Positions 25,696 to 40,900 of a stretch of 64,000 nucleotides of DNA are shown in pieces. The position numbers and the translations under genes were made by a program. The DNA lies in assembly GCA_040954595.2 (NCBI GenBank), contig CM082590.2, forward strand, positions 372,001 to 436,000, written 5' to 3'. The notes under the pieces were generated by a model, which was not told the DNA's origin, ran no database searches, and saw nothing but the letters and a program-made list of their open reading frames with translations. The number at the start of each line of letters is the position of its first letter. Position 1 is the stretch's first letter. The DNA is from Balanoglossus misakiensis. Lineage: Eukaryota > Animalia > Hemichordata.

Positions 25696-26679
25696 TCAAA
25701 TGGGACCACAGTGTCCTTGACGCTATTTTTATAGACTACTGTAAAACATGTCTTTTTAGCTAGCATGTTATTTTAGCTTAATCAGCTAGATAATTATTTG
25801 CTAATTCAAAGTCCAGGTCCTGTCAATTGTGTAATGATATTGGCTAGACATAACAATAACCTCTACAAGTTGGTCACAATCATTGCCTACACTGTCACTT
25901 ATGGTATCACAAATCATGCGCCAACATGGACACAACCACGGTGTTGTAAGACACCAGCAAAGACTGCAACCAGGCACGTAAGGTCGATAATACAAACGGT
26001 TTTATTACGAACGCACTATACCGCTAGTTACAAGATGGCGGACGAGCAGAGAGAGAAAGCATTGTGGGTAGTGAGGTCAAAGGTCAAACTACTAACAACT
26101 AACATAGTGGTGAAGCAACAATTTTAACAAGGAGCAAAATTTGACAGGATCTGGACTTAATATGCTGCTAATTCAAACATTTACCACATCATGCACATGT
26201 GAGTATGCTTTCTTTATAGCTGATTTACAAACCTGCTAAATGAACAGAAAATCTAAATTTGCTAAAAACACATGCAACTGGTTAAGGAACCAGGAGATGA
26301 ATTACAGGTCTTGTGTCTGATGCACTGGAAGGCCAGAGAGACTCCCAATACGTGTATATGTGGACAGATATAGTAGGAAGGGGTGCAGACAGGCTGTGCA
26401 CTGTGTCAACAAATAAAGATAGCATCAAGACACTGTGGTCCCATTTGAGGATTACGCAGAAAAAGGGATACACCAGAATAAAAATTACAGGTGACATTGC
26501 AAGCAGATATGATCTAATCATATAGAAATATGGGATGTAAAGAAATTAACAAGGAACATGCCCAATAAACAGTCATGTGTCATAAGAGTCTTATAAGTGG
26601 TGCAAGAAAAAAATATTTTTGACCAAAAATTGTCTGTACAAACACATATGACAAGCAACTTCATTCAGTCAGCCCTGAA

Positions 26680-26756
<77 letters not shown>

Positions 26757-27364
26757 CAAAGACACTCACTGACCTGCCACTGGTAATTAAACATTTAATA
26801 GCTGGTGGTCTCTGTAACAGCTGGCCTATTAAAGTTATGTAAACATGTTTAAGTTGGGGGTAACAACTCCTTGTAGACAGTAACTTTCAAAACAACTGGA
26901 CAATTGGTTTAGGAGAAGATTTGCTATAAAAACAAAGAAACTCGCTAAATATTGAATGTTTCTGATATCAGATTTGAATAAAAGTTGCACATATTCATGT
27001 ATGTGTTATGAAATTGTATCCTAAATTTCAAAGCAATCTAACCAGCAGTTTCACAGAAAATATTTGGCAATGACAACTTCATTTGAACAAACTCTGATCT
27101 ACATACGTACAGACGCAACCGATCCTATAAGGTCCCACTGGTATTTATACCTATACAAATATTTCAATCACCACAAGGAACATGCCTACCAAAGCACAAA
27201 GCAATCTGACATGCAGTTTGAAAGAAAATAACTTTTGATAAAAATTGCACAAATTTCCTGAATAACACAAATATGCAAATTTCAACATTTTTTTAGAATA
27301 TCTTACTTGAGTTACCCTTAGGAACGTGCCTACCAAATTTCAAAGCAATCTGACAAGCGATTTT

Positions 27365-30300
27365 AGATGGCGCCGTTCTATGGCGACACTTCACGTCGCG
27401 CTCTTGTGTTTTTTGCCGTTCTCTTCTTTGTACTCATGTCTGATGTCTCAACTCTCCTTGTGTATGATTGTGAACAACTTCTAGATATCAAGACTACAGT
27501 GGGTGAGCTCAAACTTAAACTGAACTGTCATTTTTGCGACTTTCTATTTTGTACCTCAACTACGGACAATGGTCACCAAAGCAAACATGTAGAAGATGAG
27601 CCCACGGGTCGTCGCAAACGTAAACGGGGAAGGAGGGGTGGTGCCCTGGCAAAACTTCGGCGACGTTCATCGAGACCCCATCTTCCAAGCATTCACCTAG
27701 CAAACGTTCAATCAATCGACAACAAATTGGACGAAATTTTCTGACGCATCAAAAATCAACGCGATATGAGAGATTGTTGCGTGTTATGTTTCACAGAAAC
27801 ATGGTTGGATGCTGACACTCTGGACAGTGCTCTCAAACCGGAAGGTTTTTCAATTTATAGAATGGATCGATCTAAGGACATTACTGGTAAAGCAAAGGGA
27901 GGTGGTGTTTGCTTTTTAATCAACAAGTACTGGTGTTCTGATGTAAAGATTATTTCGCAATTTTGTTCTCCGGATTTAGAGTGCTTGACAATTCTGTGCA
28001 GACCCTTCTATTCACCACGCGAATTCACAGGTGTTATCTTGTCATCAGTCTACATACATCCGAATGCAAATGCTTCAGCTGCCATCAACGTACTCGCAAG
28101 CATAATTACCAGATGTGAAAATACCTACCCGGACGCAGTACCAATAGTCACAGGTGACTTTAACCATACAAATCTAAAGAAGGTGTTACCGAAGTTTTTC
28201 CAACACGTCACCTGTCCAACTCGGGGTCAGAAGATTCTTGATCATTGTTACTCTACAATAAAAGGTGCATACCGCTCTCTGCCTCGTCCTCACTATGGTA
28301 AATCAGATCATTCTTCGGTATTTCTGATACCGGCATATAGACAAAAACTGAAGACAGCAAAACCAATAACTAGATCTGTCAAGTGCTGGTCCAACAACTC
28401 AGTTATGTGTCTACAAGGCTGCCTGGAATCTACTGACTGGTCAGTTTTTAAAGATTCGTCTTCGGATCTCAATGAATACACCGATGTGGTAACAGATTAC
28501 GTAAAGTTCTGTATCGATTCGTGCATTCCGACCAAGTTAGTTCGTAGTTATCCCAATCAGAAGCCATGGTTTAACAGCTATGTTCGCACAAAACTTAAAG
28601 CAAAATCCGATGCCTTCAAGGCGAATGATGCTGATAGATATAAACAGTCACGCTATGCACTAAATAAAGCAATCCAATCATCGAAACGACGTAACCGCGA
28701 AAAACTTGAAAACCAGTTCGAAGAAAATGACTCGCGGCGCTTATGGAAAGGACTAGAAGCAGTTACATCATACAAAGTTAAGAACAATACGATCGTCGAC
28801 AGCGATGGTGATCTCCCTGACCGCTTAAACGATTTCTACGCTCGCTTTGACAAAAAGAACTTGGCACCCCCGTTACGCATTGATACAGGCAATGACGACG
28901 CGCCCTTTACGATCCTCAAATCTGATGTACAGAAATGTTTCTCTCGTGTAAAAGTACACAAAGCTGCAGGTCCGGACAGTATCCCGTCTCGTGCCCTTCG
29001 CCTATGCGCTGAGCAGTTGTCGGGTGTATTTACGGACATATTTAATACATCACTCTCTCAGTGTGTGGTGCCAACTTGCTTCAAGAAATCTACAATAATT
29101 CCCGTACCGAAGAAATCTTCAGTCAAGTGCCTGAATGATTATAGACCAGTTGCGCTTACGTCTGTCATCATGAAATGCTTCGAACGATTAATCCTTCACC
29201 ATATCAAGTCTATAGTTCCAAAAACTCTCGATCCATATCGGTTTGCATATCGTTCTAATCGATCCGTCGAAGATGCCGTATCTTCTGCACTCCATACAGT
29301 ATTATCTCTTCTGGATTATCACAATTGTTATGCTCGTATGCTCTTTGTCGATTTCAGCTCTGCATTTACCGTACTTGCCCGGGTAAGAGCCCCGGGTGCT
29401 GGGCCCACAAATTAGCAAAAAAACAGGGGGGGGGGGGGGGGGGGCTTTAGCCCGGACGCAACCTCGACATTTATGCAAATGAGGGCCTAGGGACACAAGG
29501 AAGGGGTGAATAATGATGCAAATAACATGGCAAAGCATTTCACGGTCAAACAATGTACTTTATTAAATAATAAAAAGTTGTTTTCCCATAAATGAAATAC
29601 AGAAAACATATTACATTTGCCGCCGTTTAATCGGGACACCATATGGGCGCAGACAAAACATCCCGTTTAACCGGGACATTGGTAAATGGTCGATCCCACC
29701 CATGCATTTAATACTTAGACGTCGACGGATGGACGCACGTAAATACATCTATCTTAATCGTGGCAATCATGCCTTTCTCTACCGGAATTTTTGAGTGGTT
29801 CATTCTCCGAGTCCAAGTCGGGATCTTCCAACTGTGGGTGTTTCGCGTCGAGGACGGACTGAAGCAGTTCCACGCGGCCGCTTTGGAAAGCTCCCCAGTG
29901 ACCTCATACGCAGCAGCGCGTCCATCTACGTGATCGTTGAATTCGACGCATGGTCCCGAGGGACCTGTCTGAGGTCATGTTTTCTAGAGCGGCTATATAT
30001 AACTCAGCGTGGCCAGTCGGCCGCCGTGGGTACGATAATCAGCGCGAAAGTAAATCATCATACGTTTTTATTTTCACATTTAGTGACTTTGGGGATGAAA
30101 ATCCGACTTTTTTGCATTGCACTTTATTAAATTTCCACGAATTTAATGGATATTCGGCGGGGGTGGGGGGGGGGGCTTTAGACCGGATATAACCTCGATC
30201 TTCAAATGGGCCCTAAAACCAGGGGGGGGGGGGGGCGTTTGTCCGAGCAGGGACTCTTACCCGGGCAAGTACGGTAATACAATTATTCCTTCCAAGCTTG

Positions 30301-31362
30301 TCATAAAGTTAGCTGACCTCAGTATTAGTACTTCCATGTGCAAGTGGATTTTAAATTTTCTTAGTAATAGGCCACAGATTGTTACAATTAATAACCACCT
30401 TTCTTCGTCAATAGTCCTCAATACAGGAGCTCCTCAAGGATGTGTTTTAAGCCCTTTGTTATACTCTCATTTTACATATGATTGCACTCCTTTGTATGCC
30501 AATAATTTTTTGGTTAAATTTGCTGATGACACAACTGTCATAGGCTTAATTACTGATAATGATGAGTCTGCATATAGAAGTGAAACTGTAAATTTAATCA
30601 ATTGGTGCGATGCAAATAATCTTGAACTCAATGTAAACAAAACCAAGGAAATCATTATAGATTTTAGAAGAGTACACTTTACCCATACGCCGATTACCAT
30701 AAATGGAAGTGCAGTTGAAATCGTCACTGTTTTTAAGTTTCTTGGTGTTTACCTTTCAAATCGCTTGTCATGGCAGGAAAATATAGATCCTCTGGTAAAG
30801 AAAGCACAGCAGCGTCTCTACTTTCTCAGACGCTTAAAGAAATTTGGTATGAATAGTTCTATTCTGGTAAATTTCTATCGTACTGTAATAGAAAGTATTT
30901 TAACATATGGCATCCTTATCTGGTTTAATAACATCACTAAGGACGAATTGAATGCTCTTGAACGGGTTATACGGGTAGCACAAACAATCATTGGGGTAAA
31001 ATTGCCATCTCTACAATCAATCTATTATTCAAGATCTATTCGCAAAGCTAAGGCTATAATTAATGACTCGAGCCATCCTGCTTACAATCTTTTTACGCTG
31101 CTACCCTCTGGAAGGCGTTATCGCAGTATGAAAACGAGAACAGCTCGTTTTAACAATAGTTTTTATCCATCGGCAGTACGTATTTTAAACCAATCTTAAT
31201 TTTGAGTGCCATTGTTTCAAGTATTTCCTTTTATTCTTTTATTAGGGTTTTATTAACATTTTTAGTATGTATAATTTTTAACTTGTATGTCCCGTTCTTT
31301 TTGTCTTTTACGAGCGCATGTGGAAAATTTCCAATGCTCTGTATGCATATGGCAATAACTTA

Positions 31363-31392
<30 letters not shown>
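27365..31392 (+). mobile_element. Near full-length single-ORF APE-RT LINE (Rex1/Babar-L2-like) interrupted by a MITE
   Basis: Starts AGATGGCGCCG. APE motifs LANVQS, CFTETWL, GDFNH, LDHCY, SDH. RT motifs YRPVALTS, DFSSAFNTI, GAPQGCVLSP, KFADD, FKFLG. C-terminus KKAQQRLYFLRRL...SGRRYRS; (ATT)n tail. One in-frame TGA at 27742-44. Confidence 0.92.
29369..30274. mobile_element. pogo-type MITE inserted in the LINE RT
   Basis: TA TSDs; 21-bp perfect TIR CCGTACTTGCCCGGGTAAGAG; excision restores the frame SAF-N-TIIP. Confidence 0.92.
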
Positions 31393-31393
<1 letters not shown>

Positions 31394-32339
31394 AAAAGAT
31401 TTTTGACCAAAAATGGCAAAAATTGTTCAAGATTACACATATGCACAATTTGAACAAATCTATGGTAACTCACTCGCCTATGTAAGCTTTATTCTAAATT
31501 TCAAAGAAGATGACAGATCATTTTCAGAAAAAAAAGATTTTTTTACCAATAATGTGGAAAATAACAAAAAATGCATAAAAAATAGAAAATTCATAATATT
31601 AACTCAAAACATACGGGACTGACTGAAGTTGACATAAGATACATGCATACCATTTTTCAAAACAATCTGACCAGTAGTTGTTGAGTATCTGAGTTTTGAC
31701 CAATTTCACATTTTTCCTGCTAAATTGCATATTTTTAGTAGTAATGACAACTTGCATCTACACACCAAATATCAAGGTGATATGCCAAGTGGTTTTCAAG
31801 TTTTTGATGTGGACAGACATACAGACATACATTCATACATACATACCAGGTCATGTCTTTTGAAAATGGCAGGAGAGCTAAAAATCGCTTTCCTGAAACC
31901 ATCTGCGCGTGTGGTAGGCGAGTGATTTAATAGTCTAGAGTGAAAATTTCTATTTGTATTTTCAAATGATGCTTTAAAGGATGTCAGGTAAATTTGTGTC
32001 ACTGTTGAATGCTCCTTGATGACAAGGAGATCCTCCATTGTTTTATGGTTCATAAAAGGCTTCTAGCAATATAAAATTATAACACAGCTGTTAGAAAGCT
32101 GATGGACAGGATACTCTCCAAAAAATAGGTTGATCTTAATTTAAAATTTAAAATATAGCTGTGAACAGCAATAAGCGGGTTTCGAGACACTACTAGCCCT
32201 ATTGGTTCGCCTGGAGATAGATTTGTGCATATTTAATTACTGCATTAGTTGTTCTATCACTTTAATTGCCAAGGGTGTATGTGCTGTGGATGCTCAGATG
32301 TGGAAAAGTAGGTCAAAGGTCAAGTGAGGTCACGTTTAA

Positions 32340-35303
32340 CCCCTTGAGTACCTTGAGTGCCGGATAAAAACGGCTTTGTAACAATTAGTTATATACCTTG
32401 AGTGCCGGAAATAAACGTCATAAACTAACTGACATCAATGGTTTCTTTGGTACCGGGATTTTTTCATTACGTGGTACCACGCTTTTCAACTGGTTGCTCG
32501 ACGATGTCCGTAACCGACCTGAATGAGTTTGCGCCCTCATGAGTCCGAGTACGGTCACATGTTTGCCCTGAGCAAGTAACCCTTGACCCTGACGTCAAAA
32601 GGTCAATGTAATGATTGTGATTTCGATAGACTTTTCAAGATCCGTCCGCTTTTAGATCACTTCTTTGAGAAGTTTCAAGCTGTGTACACCGTAGACAGAA
32701 ATGTAGCTATTGATGAGTCTCTACTTCTTTGGAAAGGGCGTCTGTTCTTCAGGCAGTACATCCAATTGAAACGAGCCAGATTCGGGATCAAGATATTTGC
32801 CCTGTGTGACAAGTAAGGGTATACTTACAGGTTTCAGGTATACACAGGACGGGAAGACAACACCCAAGATGTAACAGCCCTCCTACCAAGAAATGTCAGT
32901 CATTTCAAGAAGCCAGAAAAGATGGTGTTGTATTTAATATTACCACTCCTCAGCCAGGGATACTCAGCCTATATGGATAACTGGTACACAACATCTCGTC
33001 TCTTCTACTACTTACATCATCAGTCAACGATGGCTTGTGGTACAATTCGTCTAAACAACCTTCCACCCGTTGTCCGTACAACCAGAGTGCCACAAGATGC
33101 AACTACATCCTTCCATAGTGGACCTCTACTCTGCCTCAAATTCAAAGACAAGAAAGATGTCCATGTCCTGACAACTATTCATGATGACAGCACGAGAGTG
33201 TACAATGCAAGGGGAAGGGCACGGCGGCAGAGACAAGTCCAGAAGCCACAGGCAGTAATCGACTACAATACCAATATGGGAGGTGTTGATGTAGCAGATC
33301 AAGTATCCTTGAAAAGTATTATTATAAAATAATTGTATTTTTGTGGAATGTTGTTTCTTGCTTCTGTGTTTTGTTTTGGTTCTTACAATGGCATTGCATT
33401 TAGTACATGATTAGAATGATCAGATTCAAATTTGAAGTGGCTAAAGTGATGACTTACAAATTCTGTCCGGATATACTCATGCACACAAACTTTAGTTATC
33501 AATTCTTACATGTAGATATTTTTTTCTCTGATTTGTGTGCATATTTACAATTTTACTGTATTCTGGTTTATAAACTTCATATTTATCTGTTACCGGGGTT
33601 AGATTATCCAAGTGTAAAAATGAATCCAACTATTCAATTCAATTCATTTCAAACAATTATATTTCTCATTCATTTCAATGAACAGTGAAAAGTGTGATCC
33701 TTGACGATTTGTTTCTCTAGATGATTCAACCTTACAATGCTGCCCGTAAAACACTGAAATGGTACAAGAAGTTGGCTGTGCATTTCATACAGATTGCTTT
33801 ACTCAATGCTCACATTTTGTATAGAAAGAGTGGTGGACAATGTGACTTTCTGAAGTTCCAGCATCACGTAAGTACACATTTATGCATTGTTGATATACAT
33901 ACACAAGATGTAACAAAATGATCAGTTGCAATATAAAATGTTTTTATTTTTGTGTAAGTACATGTAGATATGTGATATTTGTTTTATTCTTTTACATTAC
34001 AGGTTATTTCAAGTCTGATCTTCAACACAGATGCACCTGACCACACCAACAAGACTGAAGCTATGATAAGATTGACTGAGCGCCACTTTCCCAGTAAGCT
34101 GTTGCCGACAGCAACATGGAGTAAACCACAGAGAAGATGCCGTGTTTGTTCCAAGCGTGGAGTCAGACGAGATGTTAACACATACTGTGAGAGTTGTCGA
34201 AGTCAACCTGGACTCTCTAGCTTTCCATGTTTTAAAATATGGCACACACAGTTGCGATTTTGAGCCGGACACATTATACGTGGTAATGTTACCTCACATG
34301 ATCAAGTCATTTTGATCACAAATAATATGTAAATAACAACTGAATATTTTTCAGTAAAATAATCTACTAAGTTTAATGAATCAATGTTGCTTGCTGAGTA
34401 TATTTCAAGTCGCATTTATTTATTTAAAAAAAATCTAAAGCAAAATGTAATTGTTCAATGAATTTTGAATGACACCATTGAATTTTAGCATGTTTTATAC
34501 CGACCATGTTTTCAGTGTTGATTTGTACCATTTATTTATCTTCATCTGAAGATAATGTTGTGAAAAGTGAATAAATATGTTGTTCAGTTTACATGCAACA
34601 ATCTTTGTGGATATATTTGAATGCAGGTTGGGCAAGCAGAGCGAGGGAAATAATTTCATTGAAGAGACATCACTTGTCAAATATGGCGGCCATATTGGTT
34701 TTGTCACATGGTCTGTCATGTGACCTGGCTCATGACGATCAAACAATTTTTATCAAAGAAACACTGATCAAACTATTTATCAAAAGAACACTGGCTTGAC
34801 ATTATGTTGACTGCATCAACAAGTGGCGCCAACATATCTTTGATTTTACTATGTATGTAGATAATCAGCTTGTTCAGTAATAATTACATCAATCAGTTAT
34901 GTCCAAATTCAATAGCATAATTTTTAATTTTCAAACATATGAAACATTCAGAGTGCCAAGAGTTGTTTGTTATTATTAAAAATGTGCAAAAAAGCATAAA
35001 ATATTTCTTGATATTTCATTTTAGGTTGCTCAATGGATAAATATTATTTCAAAATATCATCAACCATTCATATTCCATGGCAGTGCTGGTCACGTGACAG
35101 GTCACATGACTGATCACATGACACAATATTTTAATTAAAACAAAGCTTAGTTAATAATGATTCAGAAAATATATAGTTTGTGCATTCAAACATCAACTCG
35201 TCAAACACAATTGACTGTTAACTGACTACACCCAGTTTTAAGCCCATTTGTATATATTGGCTGTGGTATATATGGTATTACATAGGCAATGGTAGTCAAG
35301 GGG
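32340..35303 (+). mobile_element. piggyBac transposon inserted in HINE B1
   Basis: TTAA TSDs (32336-39, 35304-07); TIR CCCCTTGAGTACC / GGTAGTCAAGGGG; the host monomer is restored on excision. Confidence 0.93.
32610..34263 (+). pseudogene. PGBD4-like piggyBac transposase with two introns (exons ~32610-33302, 33721-33867, 34003-34263); N-terminus missing, one internal stop
   Basis: DRLFKIRP, AIDESL, MDNWYTT, YNTNMGGVDVADQ|MIQPY, KWYKKL and a C-terminal Cys-rich RCRVC..YCESC..PCFKIWH domain. GT-AG phase-0 introns. TAA at 32814-16. Confidence 0.88.
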
Positions 35304-37870
35304 TTAATATGAGCAGAAAATTTTGACGCTATACTGGTCCATGTCCAACAAAAACCAGACCTGTAGCCTGCCTGGAATTAGGTATGCACATAATTAATGA
35401 GTTAGGCAGGTGTCACAGGTGACTCTAAAATTTGGCTTCTTATTTTGGTCCTGTCTGTCCAAACACCTAAGCTGTACCTGCTCTGGATGCTGAGATATGT
35501 GAAAGTAGGTCAAAGGTCACCCAAGGTCACCCCAAATTTGGGAAAAAAATTTGACCCCATACTGGTCCATTTCCGACAAAAGCCAGACCTGTAGCCCTAT
35601 TGGTTTGCCTGGAATTAGGTATGCAAATAGTTAATGAGTTAAGCAGGTGTCACAGGTGAGCCTTAAATTTGGTTTCTTATTTTGGTCCTATGCTGCACAC
35701 TAGCCGATAGAACTATTGCACCGACCAGAATTCTACAAAACTATGTGGCCATAGCTTAAGTATAGTGGAATAAGTATAGGTATAGATTTCATAAAAAAAT
35801 TAATATAAAAAAATTGGTCGATTTTTCATATTATTTTTTTCAGTTGGAACTGATTGTCGGAAGGTAGGCTAGCTGCACACAAAATTTGAAGCTGATCAGC
35901 CCAGCGGATGTTGAGATATTGGGCATAAATCTAAAATCCTAGGAGGCCATAGCTTAACCATGGAAAGTATAGGCCAATGGCTGGGTCCAATGGTCATGGA
36001 AAATATGAAAAATAATGCTTTAAAAATCATCTCCTCAAAATCGGCAAGGACTTAGACATTGAAATTTGGCATATAGGACCCTGGCCATATGGTCCACAAA
36101 GTTTCTGAACAGAATTTGGATTCGTCATTTTTTATGCAAATGAGACCAATTTAAAAGTTTAAATCCAAGATGGCTGCCAGGTCATGTGACCTGTTGCCAT
36201 AGTGACATGATCAGAAAATTACTTGCTTTGAGTTTTACCTATGAGCCGAATTTCAAGTCATTGGGTGCAACGGTCTTCGAATAGCGGCTGTTTTTAAGAG
36301 TGGGAATAATAATAATAATAATAAATATAGCTGCAAGCAGCGATGACGGGCCCAAGCTTAAGCCGAAGGTCAAAGGTCATAAGCGGTCACCCGAAATTTT
36401 GGCAAGAAATTTTGACCCCATACTGGTCCGTGTCCCACAAGAACAAAATCTCTAGCCCTATTGGTTCGCCTACAATTAGGTATGTGCATAATTAATGAGA
36501 TAAAGTGTAAGGCTCCATCAGGAGTTCCATCTCTCCAAATGCCAAGGCTGTATCTGCTGTGGATGCCGAGATATGGTAAAGTAGGTCAAAGGTCACCTGA
36601 GGTCACCCAAAATTTGGGCAAAAAATTTTGACCCCATACTGGTCCATGTTCAGCATAAATCAAACCTCTAGCCCTATTGGTTAGCCTGGAATTAGGTATG
36701 CACATAATTAATGAGATAAGCAGGTGTCACAGGTGACCCCAATTTTGGCTTTTCAATTTTAGTCCCAACCCTCGAAACGCCAAGTCTGTACCTGCTCTGG
36801 ATGCGGAGATATAGGAAAGTAGGTCAAAGGTCACCTGAGGTCATCCAAAATTTGGGCAATTTTTTTTAACCCCATACTGGTCCATGTCCCACAAGCACGA
36901 AACCTCTAACCCTACTGGTTAGCCTGTAATTAGGTATGCACATAATTAATGAGATATGCAGGTGTCACAGGTGACCCCCATTTTGGCTTTTCAACTTTAG
37001 TCCCAACCCTCCAAACGCCAAGTCTGTACCTGCTGTGGATGCCGAGATATAGGAAAGTAGGTCAAAGGTCACCTGAGGTCACCCAAAATTTGGGCAAGAA
37101 ATTTTGACCCTATACTGGTCCATGTCTCACAAGAACGAAACCTCTAGCCCTCTTAGTTAGCCCAGAATTAGGTATGCACATAATTAATGAGTTAAGCAGG
37201 TGTTACAGGTGAGCCTAAACTTGTGCCTTTTATTTTGGTGCTATTGTGCTCACTGACCAATAGACAGTCACTGTACAGGACTATTGCACAGACCTGAATT
37301 CCACAATAAGACATAGACATAGCTTAACCATAGAGGTATAATTAAAGGTATAAATTTAATAAAAAAATTAATATAAAAAAATCGGTCGATTTTTCATATT
37401 ATTTTTTTTCGCTTAAAATTATTGACAAATGCTAGGCTAGCTGCACACCAAAGTTGGAGATGGTCGGCCTAACAGATTTTGAGATATGTATGCATATTTA
37501 TCCAAAATACGATGTGGTCATAGCTTTACTATGTGAAGTATAGGCCGATGGCTTGGGCGAAAAAATATGAAAAATAATACTTAAAAATCTTCTTCTCAAA
37601 ATTGACATGGCCTATGGCCTTGACATTTGGCATGTAGAACCCTGGCCATATGGCCCACAAAGTATCTTAACAGAATTTTGATATCTCCATTCATATGCAA
37701 ATTAGGCCAAATTGAAAATTTTGCCCATATATGGTCATCAGGTCACATGACTAATTACACATTCACAAGGGTACTGCACCAGCTCTCATAGCCCTGCACC
37801 ATTGTGCCAAATGTGAGATTTGTAGGTTCAGCCGTTTTCAAGATCTAGCTGGACAAAAAAACGACACAAG

Positions 37871-37902
<32 letters not shown>

Positions 37903-40900
37903 GAAGAAAAACCCCAGTAATACCAATAGGGCCCAAGCCTGCTGGGCTTGGGCCCTAAATATAGCTGTGAACAGCAATAAGCGGGTTTCGAGACACTACT
38001 AGCCCTATTGGTTCGCCTGGAGATAGATTTGTGCATATTTAATTACTGCATTAGTTGTTCTATCACTCCAAATGCCAAGGGTGTATGTGCTGTGGATGCT
38101 GAGATGTGGAAAAGTATGTCAAAGGTCACGTGAGGTCACGCTTAATATGAGCAGAAAATGTTTACGCTATACTGGTCCATGTCAAACAAAAACCAGACCT
38201 GTAGCCCTACTGGTTTGCCTGGAATTAGGTATGCACATAATTAATGAGTTAGGCAGGTGTCACAGGTGACTCTAAAATTTGGCTTCTTATTTTGGTCCCG
38301 TCCACCCAAACACCTAAGCTGTACCTGCTCTGGATGCCGAGATATGTGAAAGTAGGTCAAAGGTCACCCAAGGACATCCAAAATTTGGGGGAAAAATTTG
38401 TCCCCATACTGGTCCATGTCCGACAAAAACCAGACCTGTAGCCCTATTGGTTTGCCTGGAATTAGGTATGCACATAGTTAATGAGTTAAGCAGGTGTCAC
38501 AGGTGAGCCTTAAATTTGGCTTCTTATTTTGGTCCCATCCACCCAAACACCTAAGCTGTACCTGCTCTGGATGCTGAGGTATGCGAAAGTAGGTCAAAGG
38601 TCACCCAAAATTTGGGGGAAAAATTTGACCCCATACTGGTCCATGTCCGACAAAAACCAGACCTGTAGCCCTATTGGTTTGCCTGGAATTAGGTATGTAC
38701 ATAGTTAATGAGTTAAGCAGGTGTCACAGGTGAGCCTTAAATTTGGCTTCTTATTTTGGTCCCATCCACCCAAACACCTGAGCTGTATCTGCTCTGGATG
38801 CTGAGATATGCGAAAGTAGGTCAAAGGTCACCCAAGGTCACCCAAAATGTGGGGAAAAAAATTGACCCCATACTGGTCCATGTCCTACAAAAACCAGACC
38901 TGTAGCCCTATTGGTTTGCCTGGAATTAGGTATGCACATAATTAATGAGTTGAGCAGGTGTCACAGGTGAGCCTTAAATTTGGCTTCTTATTTTGGTCAA
39001 ATGCTGCAGACTATTGCACCGACCAGAATTCTACAAAACTATGTGGCCATAGCTTAAGTATAGTGGAATAAGTATAGGTATAGATTTCATAAAAAAATTA
39101 ATATAAAAAAATCGGTCGATTTTCCATATTATTTTTTCCAGTTGGAACTGATTGTCGGAAGGTAGGCTAGCTGCACACAAAATTTGAAGCTGATCAGCCC
39201 AGCGGATGTTGAGATATTGGGCATAAATCTAAAATCCTAGGGGGCCATTGCTTAACCATGGAAAGTATAGGCCAATGGCTGGGTCCAATGGTCATGGAAA
39301 ATATGAAAAATAATGCTTTAAAAATCATCTCCTCAAAATCGGCAAGGACTTAGACATTGAAATTTGGCATATAGGACCCTGGCCATATGGTCCACAAAGT
39401 TTCTGAACAGAATTTGGATTCTTCATTTTTTATGCAAATTAGACCAATTTAAAAGTTTAAATCCAAGATGGCTGCCAGGTCATGTGACCTGTTGCCATAG
39501 TGACATGATCAAAAAATTACTTGCTTTGAGTTTTACCTATGAGCCAAATTTCAAGTCATTGGGTGCAACGGTCTTCGAATAGCGGCTGTTTTTAAAAGTG
39601 GGAAGAAGAATAATAATAATAATAATAATAAAAAACAACACGATTTCAAGAGGGTTTCGAGACCCCTCTGGTCTCGAAACCCTAAATATAGCTGCAAGCA
39701 GCAATAGCGGGCCCAAGCCAACATAGCACATAGCAAAATAGCAATAAGCATATCTTCTCTGGATGCCAAGATACGGTAAAGTAGGTCAAAGGTCACCTGA
39801 GGTCATGCAAAATTGGGGCTAGAAATTTTGACCCTATAGTGGTCCATGTTCAACAAAAACCAAACCTATAGCCCTATTGGTTAGCCTGGAATAAGGTATG
39901 CACATAATTAATGAGGTAGGCAGGTGTCACAGGTGACCCCCAATTTTGGCTTTTCAATTTTAGTCCCAACCCTCCAAACGCCAAGTCTGTACCTGCTGTG
40001 GATGCCAAGATCTGGTAAAGTATGTCAAAGGTCACCTGAGTTCATGCAAAATTTGGGCAAGAAATGTTGACCCTATACTGGTCCATGTTCAACAAAAACC
40101 AAACCTATAGCCCTATTGGTTAGCCTGGAATTAGGTATGCACATAATTAATGAGATATGCATGTGTCACAGGTGACCCCCAATTTGGCTTTTCAATTTTA
40201 GTCCCAACCCTCCAAACGCCAAGTCTGTACCTGCTGTGGATGCCAAGATCTGGTAAAGTAGGTCAAAGGTCACCTGAGGTCATGCGAAATTTGGGCAAGA
40301 AATTTTGACCCTATACTGGTACATGTTCAACAAAAACCAAACCTATAGCTCTATTGGTTAGCCTGGAATTAGGTATGCACATAATTAATGAGATATGCAG
40401 GTGTCACAGGTGACCCCCAATTTGGCTTTTCAATTTTAGTCCCAACCCTCAAAACGCCAAGTCTGTACCTGCTGTGGATGCCAAGATCTGGTAAAGTAGG
40501 TCAAAGGTCACCTGAGGTCACCCAAAATTTGGGAAAAAATTATTGACCCAATACTGGTCCATGTCCCACAAGAACGAAACCTCTAGCCCTATTAGTTACC
40601 CCGGAATTAGGTATGTACATAATTAATGAGTTAAGCAGGTGTTACAGGTGAGCCCAAAATATTGCCTTTTATTTTGGTCCCATTCTGCTCACTGGCCAAA
40701 AGACAGAACCATTGCACAGACCAGAATTCCACAATAAAACGTGGACATAGCTTAACTATGGAGGTATAACTAAAGGTATAAATTTAATATAAAAATTAAT
40801 ATAAAAAAATCGGTTGATTTTTCATATTATTTTTTTTCGCTTAAAATGATTGACAAATGCTAGGCTAGCTGCACACCAAAGTTGGAGTTGATCGGCTGAA

